DNA of 64,000 nt from an uncultured Eubacteriales bacterium (GTDB lineage: Bacteria; Bacillota; Clostridia; Oscillospirales; JAKOTC01): positions 45,816 to 109,815 of the forward strand of contig CAZPLU010000002.1 in the NCBI GenBank assembly GCA_964587625.1, given 5' to 3'. Positions 52,988 to 64,000 of the stretch are shown in pieces. How positions within the stretch are numbered: position 1 is the first letter of the stretch; every line of letters begins with the position of its first letter. The position numbers and the translations under genes are program-made. Below the pieces are notes generated by a model. That model made no database searches. It was given only the letters and a program-made list of their open reading frames with translations, and was not told the origin of the DNA.

Positions 52988-55351
52988 TCAGGCCTTTAAT
53001 GCAATCCCCTTCGCGGCCAAATCGACCATCACGGCCTGCGTATGGGAATCGATTTCTTCGCGCGAGAGGGTCTTTTCCGTCGAGGCATAACTGAAGCGGA
53101 TTGTAAGCGTTTTTACTTCTCCCTCGTATCGGTCAATCACCTTGACGCCGGTCAGGTACGCGCAGGGGTTTTTGCCCAGCGTTTGCTCGATCTGCGCGTA
53201 TTTGAATCCTTCTTTCAATACAAATGTCAGATCGACGTCGATGCCCGGAAATTTAGACGGTTCGGCGTATTTTAACACCTGCGCGGGCACGGACGAAAAC
53301 AAATCCATATCGATTTCGGCGAACACGACGACCGCGGTTTTATCCAATTTTTCATTCACGGACGGATGGATCGCCGAGACAAAACCGATCGCTTGTTCTC
53401 CGAGCGTGACCGCCGCGGTGTTGCGCGGGTGCTGCCAATCGTGCTTGGGCGCGATATTCGAAAAAACGGGTTTTAGATGTTTCAATTCGCCGCAGAGATC
53501 ACCGACGATTGAGAGCAACTCATAAAACAGCGCTTTCTCGGTTCCCTCGCGGTCATACAGCGCGATGCCGAGCGTTCTGCGCTCATTACAAGTCCCGTTT
53601 TCCCTCGTGCCGTTGAAAGTTCGGCCGATCTCGAAGATGCCGAATCGGGGGGCGAAATTGCGGTTTTCATTGACAAAGCATAACAACGACGGGGTCATCG
53701 CGTTTCGCAGCGTGCCGAGTTCAGGCGTTGGGATGTTTAAAATCCGGACATTGTCCTCGACTGCGATACCCAGCTTCCTTACTTTTTTGCCGTCGCACCA
53801 GATATACGAATGCACCTCGTGCAATAAATACTTATCCACGAGCAGGGTCTTGACGTTGCCCTCGTCGGTCTTCGCAACGGTCTTTGCCACCGGGCGCAAC
53901 GCGCTCCTCGTCGTGGCGGCCTCGAAGTTGTCATAGCCGTAGACGCGCGTGATCTCCTCGATGATGTCGGCGGCGATGGTCACGTCCTTGGTCGCGCGCC
54001 AGCTCGGGACACCGACCTTGAAACGGTTGTCGAAATATTCGGCTTTGAAACCGAGCGCGCGTAAAGTCGTCAAAATCTGATTGTTTGAAATCTCGATGCC
54101 GGTGTAGCGGTCGACATAATTTTTATCGAACGCGATTGTGATCGGCGGATATTTTTTGACGTAGCGGTCGGTGAATTTCGAGATGATCTTCACGCCCGGA
54201 TCGGCGTCGGCCAGCAGTTTTAAAAACCGCCCGAGCGCGGGCATGGTCAATTCGGGGTCGAGGGTCTTTTCGTAGCGCATGCTCGAATCGGTGCGCAGAC
54301 CGAGCCGCTGCGACGATTTGCGCGTGCCGACCGCGTCGAAATTGGCCGATTCCAGCAGCAGCGAATCGGTCTCGCCGACGATCCCCGAATCCAGCCCGCC
54401 CATGATGCCCGCCACCGCGACGGGCCGGTCGTCGGAACAGATCATCAGCGTGCTCTCGTCGATGTCGCGCTCGATGCCGTCGAGCGTTGTGAATTTGAAC
54501 GGCGCGTTAAAATTTTTCACCCGGATGTTGCCGACCTTTTTCAGATCGAACGCGTGCATCGGCTGGCCGAGTTCGAGCATGACATAGTTGGTCAGATCGG
54601 CGAGCAGGTTGATGGCGCGCAGGCCGCAGTAAAACAGCCGGATGCGCAGATCGACCGGGCTGACTTTTGCGCGGATGTTTTCGACCTTGACCGAACTGTA
54701 CCGGTAACACAGTTCTTTATTGACAATTTCGAGCGCGACCTCGGGCAAACTCTCATACGGCGCGCCGTCGGCAACCTCGGGCTTTTTTAATTCCCTGCCG
54801 GTCAGCGCGGCGAATTCGCGCGCGATGCCGTAATGACCCCAGAGGTCGGGGCGGTTGGTCAGCGATTTGTTGTCGATTTCGAAAACGGTATCTTCAATGC
54901 CGTAAACTTCTTTTATATCCGTACCAAGCGGGCAATTTTTGAAAATCTCCATCAAACCGGAATGGTCGGCGGAGATGCCGAGCTCGAATTCGGAGCAGCA
55001 CATGCCCTCGGACGGGTAGCCCGCGACCGTCGCGGCGCGGATCGGATTGCCGCAGACGCTCCCGCCCGCGCAGGCGAACGCCACCCTCATGCCCTCGCGA
55101 ACATTCGGCGCGCCGCAGACGCAGTCGACGATTTTGTCGCCGCGGTCGATTTTTAACAGGTGCAGCTTTTTCGAGTTCGGATGCGCCTCGACCGAAAGCA
55201 CTTTGGCGACGACGACGTTTTTGATGTCCGCGCCCTTATGGCAGACGTCCTCGACCTCGGCGGCCGAGAGGGTGAAACGGCGGATGAGCTGTTCGACATC
55301 CAGCCCGTCGAGATTGACAAAATCCCGAATCCAGTTCATTGATACCAACAT
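52988..55351 (-). CDS. pheT: Phenylalanine--tRNA ligase beta subunit
   Basis: MLVSMNWIRDFV..., a tRNA-binding domain (AKVLSVEAHPNSKKLHLLKID) and B3/4 and B5 domains. 787 aa. Confidence 0.95.
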   Translation of the reverse strand: MLVSMNWIRDFVNLDGLDVEQLIRRFTLSAAEVEDVCHKGADIKNVVVAKVLSVEAHPNSKKLHLLKIDRGDKIVDCVCGAPNVREGMRVAFACAGGSVCGNPIRAATVAGYPSEGMCCSEFELGISADHSGLMEIFKNCPLGTDIKEVYGIEDTVFEIDNKSLTNRPDLWGHYGIAREFAALTGRELKKPEVADGAPYESLPEVALEIVNKELCYRYSSVKVENIRAKVSPVDLRIRLFYCGLRAINLLADLTNYVMLELGQPMHAFDLKKVGNIRVKNFNAPFKFTTLDGIERDIDESTLMICSDDRPVAVAGIMGGLDSGIVGETDSLLLESANFDAVGTRKSSQRLGLRTDSSMRYEKTLDPELTMPALGRFLKLLADADPGVKIISKFTDRYVKKYPPITIAFDKNYVDRYTGIEISNNQILTTLRALGFKAEYFDNRFKVGVPSWRATKDVTIAADIIEEITRVYGYDNFEAATTRSALRPVAKTVAKTDEGNVKTLLVDKYLLHEVHSYIWCDGKKVRKLGIAVEDNVRILNIPTPELGTLRNAMTPSLLCFVNENRNFAPRFGIFEIGRTFNGTRENGTCNERRTLGIALYDREGTEKALFYELLSIVGDLCGELKHLKPVFSNIAPKHDWQHPRNTAAVTLGEQAIGFVSAIHPSVNEKLDKTAVVVFAEIDMDLFSSVPAQVLKYAEPSKFPGIDVDLTFVLKEGFKYAQIEQTLGKNPCAYLTGVKVIDRYEGEVKTLTIRFSYASTEKTLSREEIDSHTQAVMVDLAAKGIALKA

Positions 55352-55491
55352 ATAATAATCTTTCCCTTCCTTTTATGGAACATTCTACCCGTTTAAAACT
55401 CGTAAACGGATTTGGCGTATTGAATTAACTTTATTTAACCGAGATCCTTCCACTTCGCGCGGGGCGCTCCGTTCAGGATGATAAAAATGTT

Positions 55492-56520
55492 TTATTTTTG
55501 CGCGAACTGTGACAGCGCCTTGAGGTTTCCGCTGTTTAAAATCCGGATGTCCTTGATGCCGTAGCGCATCATCGCGAGCCGAGTCAGTCCGAGCCCGAAG
55601 GCGAATCCGGTGTATTTTTCGCTGTCGATGCCGCCGTATTTCAAGACGTTGGGATGAATCATGCCGCAGGGGCAGAGTTCTACCCAGCCGCCGTTTTTGC
55701 AGGTCGGGCAGCCGGAACCGCCGCAAATCAGGCAATTGATGTCGAGTTCGAAGCCCGGTTCGACAAACGGGAAAAAGCCCGGGCGCAGGCGTACCTTCAC
55801 GTCGCGCTTGAACACCTCGGACAGCATCGTCTTCATAAAGTAGATGAGATTCGAGATCGAGATGTCGGTATCGATCATGATGCCTTCCATCTGAAAAAAG
55901 GTGTTCTCGTGGCTGGCGTCGGTGGCCTCGTTGCGGAAGCATCGGCTCGGGAACACCGCGCGCAGCGGCGCGCCGTATTTGCGCATGATCGTGTTCTGTG
56001 CGGCCGAGGTGTGGGTCTTTAACAACTGCCCGTTCGAGAGATAAAACGTGTCCTGCATATCGCGGGCGGGGTGGTGCTTCGGGATATTCAGCGACTCGAA
56101 ACAGTTATAGTCGTCGGTGACCTCGGCATAGTCCTCGATCGTGAAGCCCATGCTCGCAAAGACCTCCTCGACCTCTTTTTGAATCAGCGTGATCGGGTGG
56201 TAAGAACCCGTTTCCGCCTGCGCCGGCAGGGTCACGTCGTATTGCTCCGCGCAGTCGAGCCGTGCCTGTTGTTCGGCGGCGGCGACGTCTGCCTGCGCCT
56301 TTTCGATGTCGGCCTCGGCCTGCTTTTTGAGTTCGTTGATCTGCTGGCCGAGTTCGCGTTTTTGTTCGCCCTCGGCGTCTTTGAGCAGCTTTAAAAGTTC
56401 CGTGATCCGCCCCTTTTTGCCCAAAAACTCCACGCGGATCTGCTCGACCGCAGCCGAGTCCTTGGCTGCTTCGAGCCGTTTTTGCAACTGTTCGGACACT
56501 TGCCTGATATTTGTTTCCAT
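55492..56520 (-). CDS. pheS: Phenylalanine--tRNA ligase alpha subunit
   Basis: HPITLIQKEVEEVFASMGF, HPARDMQDTFY, FRNEATDASH and GFAFGLGLTRLAM. Confidence 0.95.
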   Translation of the reverse strand: METNIRQVSEQLQKRLEAAKDSAAVEQIRVEFLGKKGRITELLKLLKDAEGEQKRELGQQINELKKQAEADIEKAQADVAAAEQQARLDCAEQYDVTLPAQAETGSYHPITLIQKEVEEVFASMGFTIEDYAEVTDDYNCFESLNIPKHHPARDMQDTFYLSNGQLLKTHTSAAQNTIMRKYGAPLRAVFPSRCFRNEATDASHENTFFQMEGIMIDTDISISNLIYFMKTMLSEVFKRDVKVRLRPGFFPFVEPGFELDINCLICGGSGCPTCKNGGWVELCPCGMIHPNVLKYGGIDSEKYTGFAFGLGLTRLAMMRYGIKDIRILNSGNLKALSQFAQK

Positions 56521-56559
56521 GTGACTTTCATCCCTTCAATAAGGTTTTTGAAATTAAAA

Positions 56560-56806
56560 AATCAAAAAGCGCGCTCAATCCGAAATAGGACGAAGCGCGC
56601 TCCGCGGTACCACCTAAATTCCCCATAGATTTTATGGGGCTCTTGATCCCGATAACGGCGGGAGACCGGTACATCTTACTAGATTTCAGTTCGGATGCAC
56701 TGCTCGGGAGTGAACTTCGCCGGTTTTGTCCGCGAGCGCCTTTCAGCCGCCGAGCGCTCTCTCTTTCGCGGTTTTCGCCGGGTACTCTCTCCGTCGGGGC
56801 ATTTAC
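56560..56806 (-). promoter_or_regulatory. T-box riboswitch leader (Phe, UUC specifier) with terminator
   Basis: On the minus strand: AATTTAGGTGGTACCGCGGA T-box sequence (plus 56601-56620). Terminator GCGCGC...GCGCGC+TTTTT (plus 56564-56600). Stem I GCUCGG...GAAG-UUC-A-CU-CCGAGC with UUC at plus 56712-56714. AGAGAG K-turn-like element. Confidence 0.85.
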
Positions 56807-56812
56807 ACCGTT

Positions 56813-56840
56813 ATTATATCATCAAAACGCAAAAAGTCAA
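56813..56840 (-). promoter_or_regulatory. Sigma70-type promoter (extended -10) for the pheST T-box leader
   Basis: On the minus strand: TTGACT (56840-56835), 16-nt spacer ending TGa, TATAAT (56818-56813). Confidence 0.6.
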
Positions 56841-56845
56841 CAAAA

Positions 56846-57556
56846 TTACGCAAAAGCGCTTGCGGGGGCGGTTGCCAACGCCGACTCGATGGCGTTGGAA
56901 ATCAGACGGTGACCCTCCTCGTTGGGATGGATGCCGTCTTCACACAACAGCCGCTCATAATTTTTTTCCTGCAAAAAGACGCTGCGGATGTCGATGAATA
57001 ACACATCGAGCTTTTTTGCGAGGTTTGCGACCTGCAGGTTATACATCTCGTGCCAGCGGTAGATGTACTGCTCGCTGCCGCCGAGCCATTTCAAGATGTT
57101 TTCCCTGCTCACGCCGCGGCTAATCCAAGCAAAATATTTTTTCGGGTCCAGCGGGGGCAATGAAAGCACGACCGGTTTGCTGCCGAGGGCTTTGATTTTT
57201 TCGATGATATTGGTATACCCCGTGAGAAACCGATCCATTGGCGTATTGGGGAAATGGTCGTCGTCCGGGGTTTCGGCGATCTTTGCCCACTCGAAATCGC
57301 AGTCGTTGCCGCCGACCTCGATCACGCAAAATTCGGTTTTTGCGATTTTCCCGGCGTTCTTTTCGACGATTTTTTCGGCGGCCTCGACCGTGCAGCCGAA
57401 TTTGGCCAGATTTTCGATCTCGATACCCGTCTTTTCGCCGATGACGTTGGCAAAGCAGTTTTTTAAGAAGACGTATTTCCCGCGCACCGCGTCGAAAATC
57501 ACGCCCCTCGCAACCGAGTCGCCGATTAAGCAGACCTTTTTCAAAATCACATTCAA
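56846..57556 (-). CDS. SGNH/GDSL-family hydrolase
   Basis: Block I LIGDSVARG, block III EVGGNDCD, block V DGIHPNEEGH. TTG 57556 lies 6 nt after GAGGTG; the ORF-track start at 57565 lies inside the RBS. Confidence 0.8.
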   Translation of the reverse strand: MNVILKKVCLIGDSVARGVIFDAVRGKYVFLKNCFANVIGEKTGIEIENLAKFGCTVEAAEKIVEKNAGKIAKTEFCVIEVGGNDCDFEWAKIAETPDDDHFPNTPMDRFLTGYTNIIEKIKALGSKPVVLSLPPLDPKKYFAWISRGVSRENILKWLGGSEQYIYRWHEMYNLQVANLAKKLDVLFIDIRSVFLQEKNYERLLCEDGIHPNEEGHRLISNAIESALATAPASAFA

Positions 57557-57594
57557 ATTACACACCTCGTCTCAAAAAGCAAAAGCGTTTTCAT

Positions 57595-59895
<2,301 letters not shown>

Positions 59896-59911
59896 TGAAT
59901 AATTCCTTTCA

Positions 59912-60502
59912 TCAATAGGTCTGTTTGGCAATCTCCTTGATATCTCTGCCGGTCAGCGCGGCTTTTGCAAACACGCCGACCATAACTTCCGCATATGCCC
60001 ACATGGAAAAGGCCAGCATTGCAAGCAGCAGAGCGGATATCGCAAGCATCGCGGTTTCGCGCATGTGCGGGAAAAATGTGAATGCGGCCACCGCGCAGTA
60101 GATCAAAAACGTCGTGATTTTTCCCCACCATTTGGCGCTCACCACAATGCCCCTTTTGAGCACCCAAAATCCCACCGAGAGCATGATCAATTCTTTGTAG
60201 GCAATGAAACAGAACAAAGGCAGGAGATTTGAAAATTTTATATACAGACAGACAAAGACCGCCACCTGCGTCAATTTATCCGCAAGCGGATCGAGCACCT
60301 TGCCGAGTTCACTGATTTGATTGTATTTTCGCGCAATCGCGCCGTCCAGCAGATCGGTCAGTCCCGAGACGACCAGCACGCTCCCCGCGATGGCGGCGCC
60401 GCTCTGATAATCGGAAAAGTACAGCCAAGCATAGACCGGAATCAAAACGATTCTGAAAATCGAGAGTATGTTTGGTATGGTCAAACCGGTTTCCCCTTTC
60501 AA
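59912..60502 (-). CDS. pgsA: CDP-diacylglycerol--glycerol-3-phosphate 3-phosphatidyltransferase
   Basis: NILSIFRIVLIP... and the CDP-alcohol transferase motif DLLDGAIARKYNQISELGKVLDPLADK. Its TTG start overlaps the upstream stop (TTGA). Confidence 0.85.
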   Translation of the reverse strand: MKGETGLTIPNILSIFRIVLIPVYAWLYFSDYQSGAAIAGSVLVVSGLTDLLDGAIARKYNQISELGKVLDPLADKLTQVAVFVCLYIKFSNLLPLFCFIAYKELIMLSVGFWVLKRGIVVSAKWWGKITTFLIYCAVAAFTFFPHMRETAMLAISALLLAMLAFSMWAYAEVMVGVFAKAALTGRDIKEIAKQTY

Positions 60503-61797
60503 TCCTGTTCGGCCGGGACGCCGTCCTCGCTGAAATCGAAATCGTCCTCGCTGAAATCGAAATCATCTTCATTGAAGACATATTCGTCCTCTTGACCGGA
60601 ATCCCCGACGGTGACGGTATCCTCATTTCCGCCGTCTGCATAGATCATCTTGGTGACCGTGCGGCAGATCAGGGAATTATCCACCGCCTGAACATACCGA
60701 TCATCGGTGATCAGCGGGGAGACGCTGACTACGCCGACGACCAACACGGCTGAAATAATCAATCCGCCCGCAATACCGAGTATGCCGCCGAGCAGTTTGT
60801 TTATGCCGCTGACGACCGGTATCTTATCTATTATACCGCTCAACAGCTTTGCAAGCAACATCAAAACAAGTCGGATCAAAATGAATAAAATCACAAACAC
60901 CACGCTGCTGACCAATTTAATTGCTATGGTGCGGGCCGCCTGCTTTGCCGTTGATATGATATCCTCGGTGAACCCCTCGACCGTATCCGTGATAATGTTG
61001 CCCTGGGAGACGACCGAAGCGGCGGAAGAAGTTGCCGATGAGACCCGGGAGGACGCCGTCTTGGAGGAGGCATTCTTCGAGGCGGCCGTTTTGGAAGAAA
61101 CCGCTCCTGATGTTTTTGAGGCGGCCGCTTTTGAGGACGAGGCGGCTTTTGAAGCGGCGGCAGCCGCGGCGACAGCGGCTTCCGCATTCTTTTTTTGAAC
61201 GTTTATGATTGGATTTTTGACGTCGATTTTCATACCGAGTAAGCTGATTGCCGCCGGTATTTTTGTGCTGCCGCTCACACCGGCCGCTTTTAAAATCGGA
61301 CCGGCGTCGACCTTCGTGCCGTATTTTTTGTTATATGCGCTCACGCACGAGGAGATGCTTTTATTGGCGCAAGCCGAGGAACATAAAAAATTGACCAGCT
61401 TTTGCATCTCGGCAGCGTCCATTTTTTCGACCGTTTTGGGGTCGAGATTGGAGATCAAACCCTCAATGTTTTTAAGCTTTGAGATGTCGATCGCGGCGGC
61501 GCGTTTTGGCGCAATATAGGCATAATTCCCGCCAATGAACAGCGGGCGGCTGGTTTCGGGAACCGTTTCGATGTCGATATCGACTTCCTGCTCGGGAATT
61601 CCCAGTTGTTTTGATAATACCGGTTCCAGGTGATTGTCGTATAATTTTTCGGAGAGGGGGGGCGCAAAGGTATATGCGAGGAGAAAAGCCAGCACCAAGC
61701 TGACCAGTCCGACCAGGGTCTTGACAAACCCGCGTTTGAAACCGACGAGCACGCTGATGACTACAACCAGCGCAATGATAAGATCGACAACCGACAT
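60499..61797 (-). CDS. CvpA-family membrane protein with long internal low-complexity and acidic C-terminal repeats
   Basis: MSVVDLIIALVVVISVLVGFKRGFVKTLVGLVSLVLAF... is a CvpA-type N-terminus, with further TM segments near the C-terminus. A Ser/Ala/Lys-rich tract lies in the middle. Confidence 0.7.
   Translation of the reverse strand: MSVVDLIIALVVVISVLVGFKRGFVKTLVGLVSLVLAFLLAYTFAPPLSEKLYDNHLEPVLSKQLGIPEQEVDIDIETVPETSRPLFIGGNYAYIAPKRAAAIDISKLKNIEGLISNLDPKTVEKMDAAEMQKLVNFLCSSACANKSISSCVSAYNKKYGTKVDAGPILKAAGVSGSTKIPAAISLLGMKIDVKNPIINVQKKNAEAAVAAAAAASKAASSSKAAASKTSGAVSSKTAASKNASSKTASSRVSSATSSAASVVSQGNIITDTVEGFTEDIISTAKQAARTIAIKLVSSVVFVILFILIRLVLMLLAKLLSGIIDKIPVVSGINKLLGGILGIAGGLIISAVLVVGVVSVSPLITDDRYVQAVDNSLICRTVTKMIYADGGNEDTVTVGDSGQEDEYVFNEDDFDFSEDDFDFSEDGVPAEQD
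60523..60564 (-). repeat. Perfect 21-bp tandem duplication inside the cvpA-like gene
   Basis: gtcctcgctgaaatcgaaatc x2 on the plus strand, encoding the repeated EDDFDFS peptide. Confidence 0.9.
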
Positions 61798-61923
61798 ATT
61801 GATGTCTCCTCTCAAACAACTCCGGAAAACGGTACCGATTTGGCGAGTATCCCCACTTCTGCCATCTATAACATTTTATACCGCCGCTTGCATTTTTGCA
61901 AGAGACCGGCGGATTTTCAGATT

Positions 61924-63096
61924 TTAACCCTTTATCTCCGAAAGCAACACCCGTGTGATTTTGTCCTTCCCGACCAAAGCGATGAATTTTTCCCCGAAGG
62001 CCGCGCAATAAGTGTCTAAGGTGCATTCGGCCATACCGGCGCTCTGTCCGTTTTCATCCAACACAAAGACCTGACCGCCCGCCAAATAAGCGGCCTGCCC
62101 CTCCCGGACCGAGAGCCCCTTGGCCTGCCCCGAGACCCGCGCAGTCCAAAGTTCGCCCCCCGCGCCGCAGACCTTGAGCGTGCAGCCGATGCCCTCCGTA
62201 TCGTCGAGCAATAATCCGACCGTGCCGTCCGGTGCGGTTGCGAAAGCCGCAAGTCCGTCGAAATCGACTTTCCAAGCGATTTCATTTTTTGCATTCAAGC
62301 GCACGGCGGCGCGGTCAAAAAAGATGACGAGCCCCCCGTCGCTGCAGTATTTCATATCCAGCGCCAGCAGTCCGGTAAAGCTGTGTGTGTACACCGGATC
62401 CGGCAAGCCCGTGTCATAAACCCAAAGCTTACTGCAAAGCTGCCCGTCAACCGTCTCCAAAGCGATCACCGCGCAATATTGGGCGGAGTTGTTCAAGGCG
62501 ATTCGAGTCAAATGCGGGGTCTGGAAAAATTGTGAGAATAATTGCGTGTGGGTGCTTGCATAGATGGTGAGTTTAGATGAATATTCGCTCGGCGCGGTCA
62601 TCAACGCGTAACTGCCGTTTTTTGCGACCGCCATTTGAACAATCTTGTCTGTGCTCTCCTGCTCGAACACCCTGCCCTCGGCATTGAAATATTGAAATTT
62701 TACGCCGCCCTTTTCATAGACCAGCGCCGCTCTGTCGCCGATCGCGGCCGTCGTCGAGGCCATGGCGTATTGAAAATAGAGCGCGCTATCCAAACGCAGC
62801 AAAAAGCAACCCGAATCAGCCGCGAGAATCCCGCCGCCGCCGAATCCCGAAATACCGGCAATCTGCTTACCGGCGATGTCGGCGGGATATTCCGTCACCA
62901 TGCCCGCGCCGTTTTTTGCCGCCTGAACGCGCTGTAAAATCGCCACCGGGGAAAGCCACTCCCAGTTGAAAGCGGTGAAAGCGATCACGGCGGCGGCAAT
63001 CAAAAGCATGATAAACCGTTTGGTTTTGATCTTGCGGCGCTTTTGGCTTGAACGCTTGCCGCTCCGCTCCGACTGTCTCCGATCATTCACGGTCAT
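61924..63096 (-). CDS. Hypothetical membrane-anchored protein (DUF5711-like, tentative)
   Basis: Basic N-terminus, one TM (FIMLLIAAAVIAFTAF), then a roughly 330-aa extracytoplasmic domain. ATG 63096 overlaps the truA 3' end by 14 nt. Confidence 0.5.
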   Translation of the reverse strand: MTVNDRRQSERSGKRSSQKRRKIKTKRFIMLLIAAAVIAFTAFNWEWLSPVAILQRVQAAKNGAGMVTEYPADIAGKQIAGISGFGGGGILAADSGCFLLRLDSALYFQYAMASTTAAIGDRAALVYEKGGVKFQYFNAEGRVFEQESTDKIVQMAVAKNGSYALMTAPSEYSSKLTIYASTHTQLFSQFFQTPHLTRIALNNSAQYCAVIALETVDGQLCSKLWVYDTGLPDPVYTHSFTGLLALDMKYCSDGGLVIFFDRAAVRLNAKNEIAWKVDFDGLAAFATAPDGTVGLLLDDTEGIGCTLKVCGAGGELWTARVSGQAKGLSVREGQAAYLAGGQVFVLDENGQSAGMAECTLDTYCAAFGEKFIALVGKDKITRVLLSEIKG

Positions 63097-63865
63097 TTTC
63101 CCCGGCTCCTTTCTCGTAGGTGTTATCATAAAAGACCTGATCTAAGTACAGCCCGTGCGGCGGCAGCGTCTTGCCCGCACGCTTCCGGTCGCCCGAAGCG
63201 ATGATGTCGGGGATTGAGTCGGCTTCGAGTTTCCCCGCCGAGACATACAGCAAAGTACCGGCCATAATACGCACCATATTGTATAAAAATCCGTTCCCGG
63301 CGACATAATACCGCACCATATCGCCCTCACGCAACACGTCGGAGCGGAAAATCGTGCGGCCGCCGGTCACGTTCTGCGCGCCCGAGGCGCAAAAAGCCGA
63401 AAAATCGTGATGCCCCAAAAAATGTTTCGCCGCTTTGTCCAGCGATTGATCGTCCATCGGATATTCATAATGCAGGGCATAACGGTCCAAAAACGGGTTG
63501 CGGCTAACGGTATTGCTGAACTGATAGACGTACTGCTTCGCCACCGCCGAAAACTGCGCCGAAAAGTCGAGGCCGACCTGTTTGACCGAAAGCACCGCGA
63601 TGTCGGCGGGCAGCGTGACGTGCAGGGCGCGGAACAGCCCGTTTTCGGGGATTTCGCTCTCGGTCTTGAAATTGAAGACATAGCCGTAGGCGTGCACGCC
63701 CGCGTCGGTTCTGCCGCAGCCGGTGACCCTGTGGCGGGTTTTTAAAATCTTTTTCAGCGCGTCCTGCACCGCCTGCTGGATCGTATAGCTGTTTTTTTGG
63801 ATCTGCCAGCCGCCGTAATTGCCGCCGTCGAAGGCGATCGTGACTTTGAAGTTTTTCATGCTCAT
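63083..63865 (-). CDS. truA: tRNA pseudouridine(38-40) synthase
   Basis: KVTIAFDGGNYGGWQIQ and the catalytic GCGRTDAGVHA. Its ATG overlaps the ecfT stop (ATGA). Confidence 0.95.
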   Translation of the reverse strand: MSMKNFKVTIAFDGGNYGGWQIQKNSYTIQQAVQDALKKILKTRHRVTGCGRTDAGVHAYGYVFNFKTESEIPENGLFRALHVTLPADIAVLSVKQVGLDFSAQFSAVAKQYVYQFSNTVSRNPFLDRYALHYEYPMDDQSLDKAAKHFLGHHDFSAFCASGAQNVTGGRTIFRSDVLREGDMVRYYVAGNGFLYNMVRIMAGTLLYVSAGKLEADSIPDIIASGDRKRAGKTLPPHGLYLDQVFYDNTYEKGAGENDRE

Positions 63866-64000
63866 CTCAAAATCACCGACGGCAAAACGGCGTTCAGCCA
63901 GATCACGCCCGCCGTGACCGCCGCCGTGAACAGCGCGGCATAAACGTCGAGTGAGGTGGCCTTCATCTGTTTTAAACGCGTTCTGCCTTTCCCGCCGGTA
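63862..64000 (-). CDS. ecfT: Energy-coupling factor transporter transmembrane protein EcfT, C-terminal end (5' part outside the window)
   Basis: The minus-strand frame reads ...GGKGRTRLKQMKATSLDVYAALFTAAVTAGVIWLNAVLPSVILR*. Its position just upstream of truA is typical of Firmicutes ecfA-ecfA-ecfT-truA. Confidence 0.65.
   Translation of the reverse strand, partial: TGGKGRTRLKQMKATSLDVYAALFTAAVTAGVIWLNAVLPSVILR

Noticed and set aside
55352-55491. An unusually long (140-nt) pheS-pheT spacer with a CCGTTTA...TAAACGG hairpin.
   Set aside because: No T-run and no conserved riboswitch-like motifs were recognised. It is probably just an intercistronic structure.

Overview
This 64-kb window looks like a high-G+C Firmicutes/Clostridia-type chromosome. 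The taxonomic guess rests on a Phe T-box leader, the ecfT-truA arrangement, a ClpE-type ATPase and a CcdA/ResA pair.

Left part (1-22 kb): murF (partial) and ddl; a copper P-type ATPase split by an in-frame UGA; trx-ccdA-resA; a glycan-use cluster (metallophosphoesterase, GH36-like enzyme, unknown 662-aa enzyme, MFS transporter, GH78 rhamnosidase); glpK; and a small kinase / 4Fe-4S / HExxH cluster.

Centre (22.1-41.4 kb): an accessory island with 26 intact ORFs plus one gene remnant, all on the + strand and rich in paralogs. It holds 2 HTH-WYL regulators, 2 AraC+GyrI-like regulators, 3 stand-alone GyrI-like proteins, 5 VOC/PhnB-like proteins and 3 DUF3795-type Cys-rich proteins. It also has a UDG-superfamily protein, two tandem Fpg/Nei-like glycosylases whose catalytic Pro2 is replaced by Ile, and a decayed third copy. 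A kinase, an SDR, a methyltransferase, a DUF5131 protein and several unknowns complete it.

The most interesting signal is a recurrent intergenic element, TTGTC[AG][GT]GT-N9-TAnnnT, present in 6 copies. Two of them start exactly 7 nt after the stop codons of the WYL regulator genes. Its geometry resembles the actinobacterial PafBC/RecA-NDp '-26 box' promoter, which suggests a WYL-controlled DNA-damage or genotoxin-response regulon.

Right part (41.4-64 kb): a GT10 fucosyltransferase; a URO-D family protein; a GH28-like protein; two ABC exporters, one interrupted by an in-frame TAA; an XRE regulator; an aminotransferase; asnS; pheST with its T-box; an SGNH hydrolase; clpE-like; pgsA; cvpA-like; truA; and ecfT (partial).

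I recognised no rRNA, tRNA, CRISPR array, transposase or integrase. All functional calls come from reading the translations and motifs by eye; no database search was possible.
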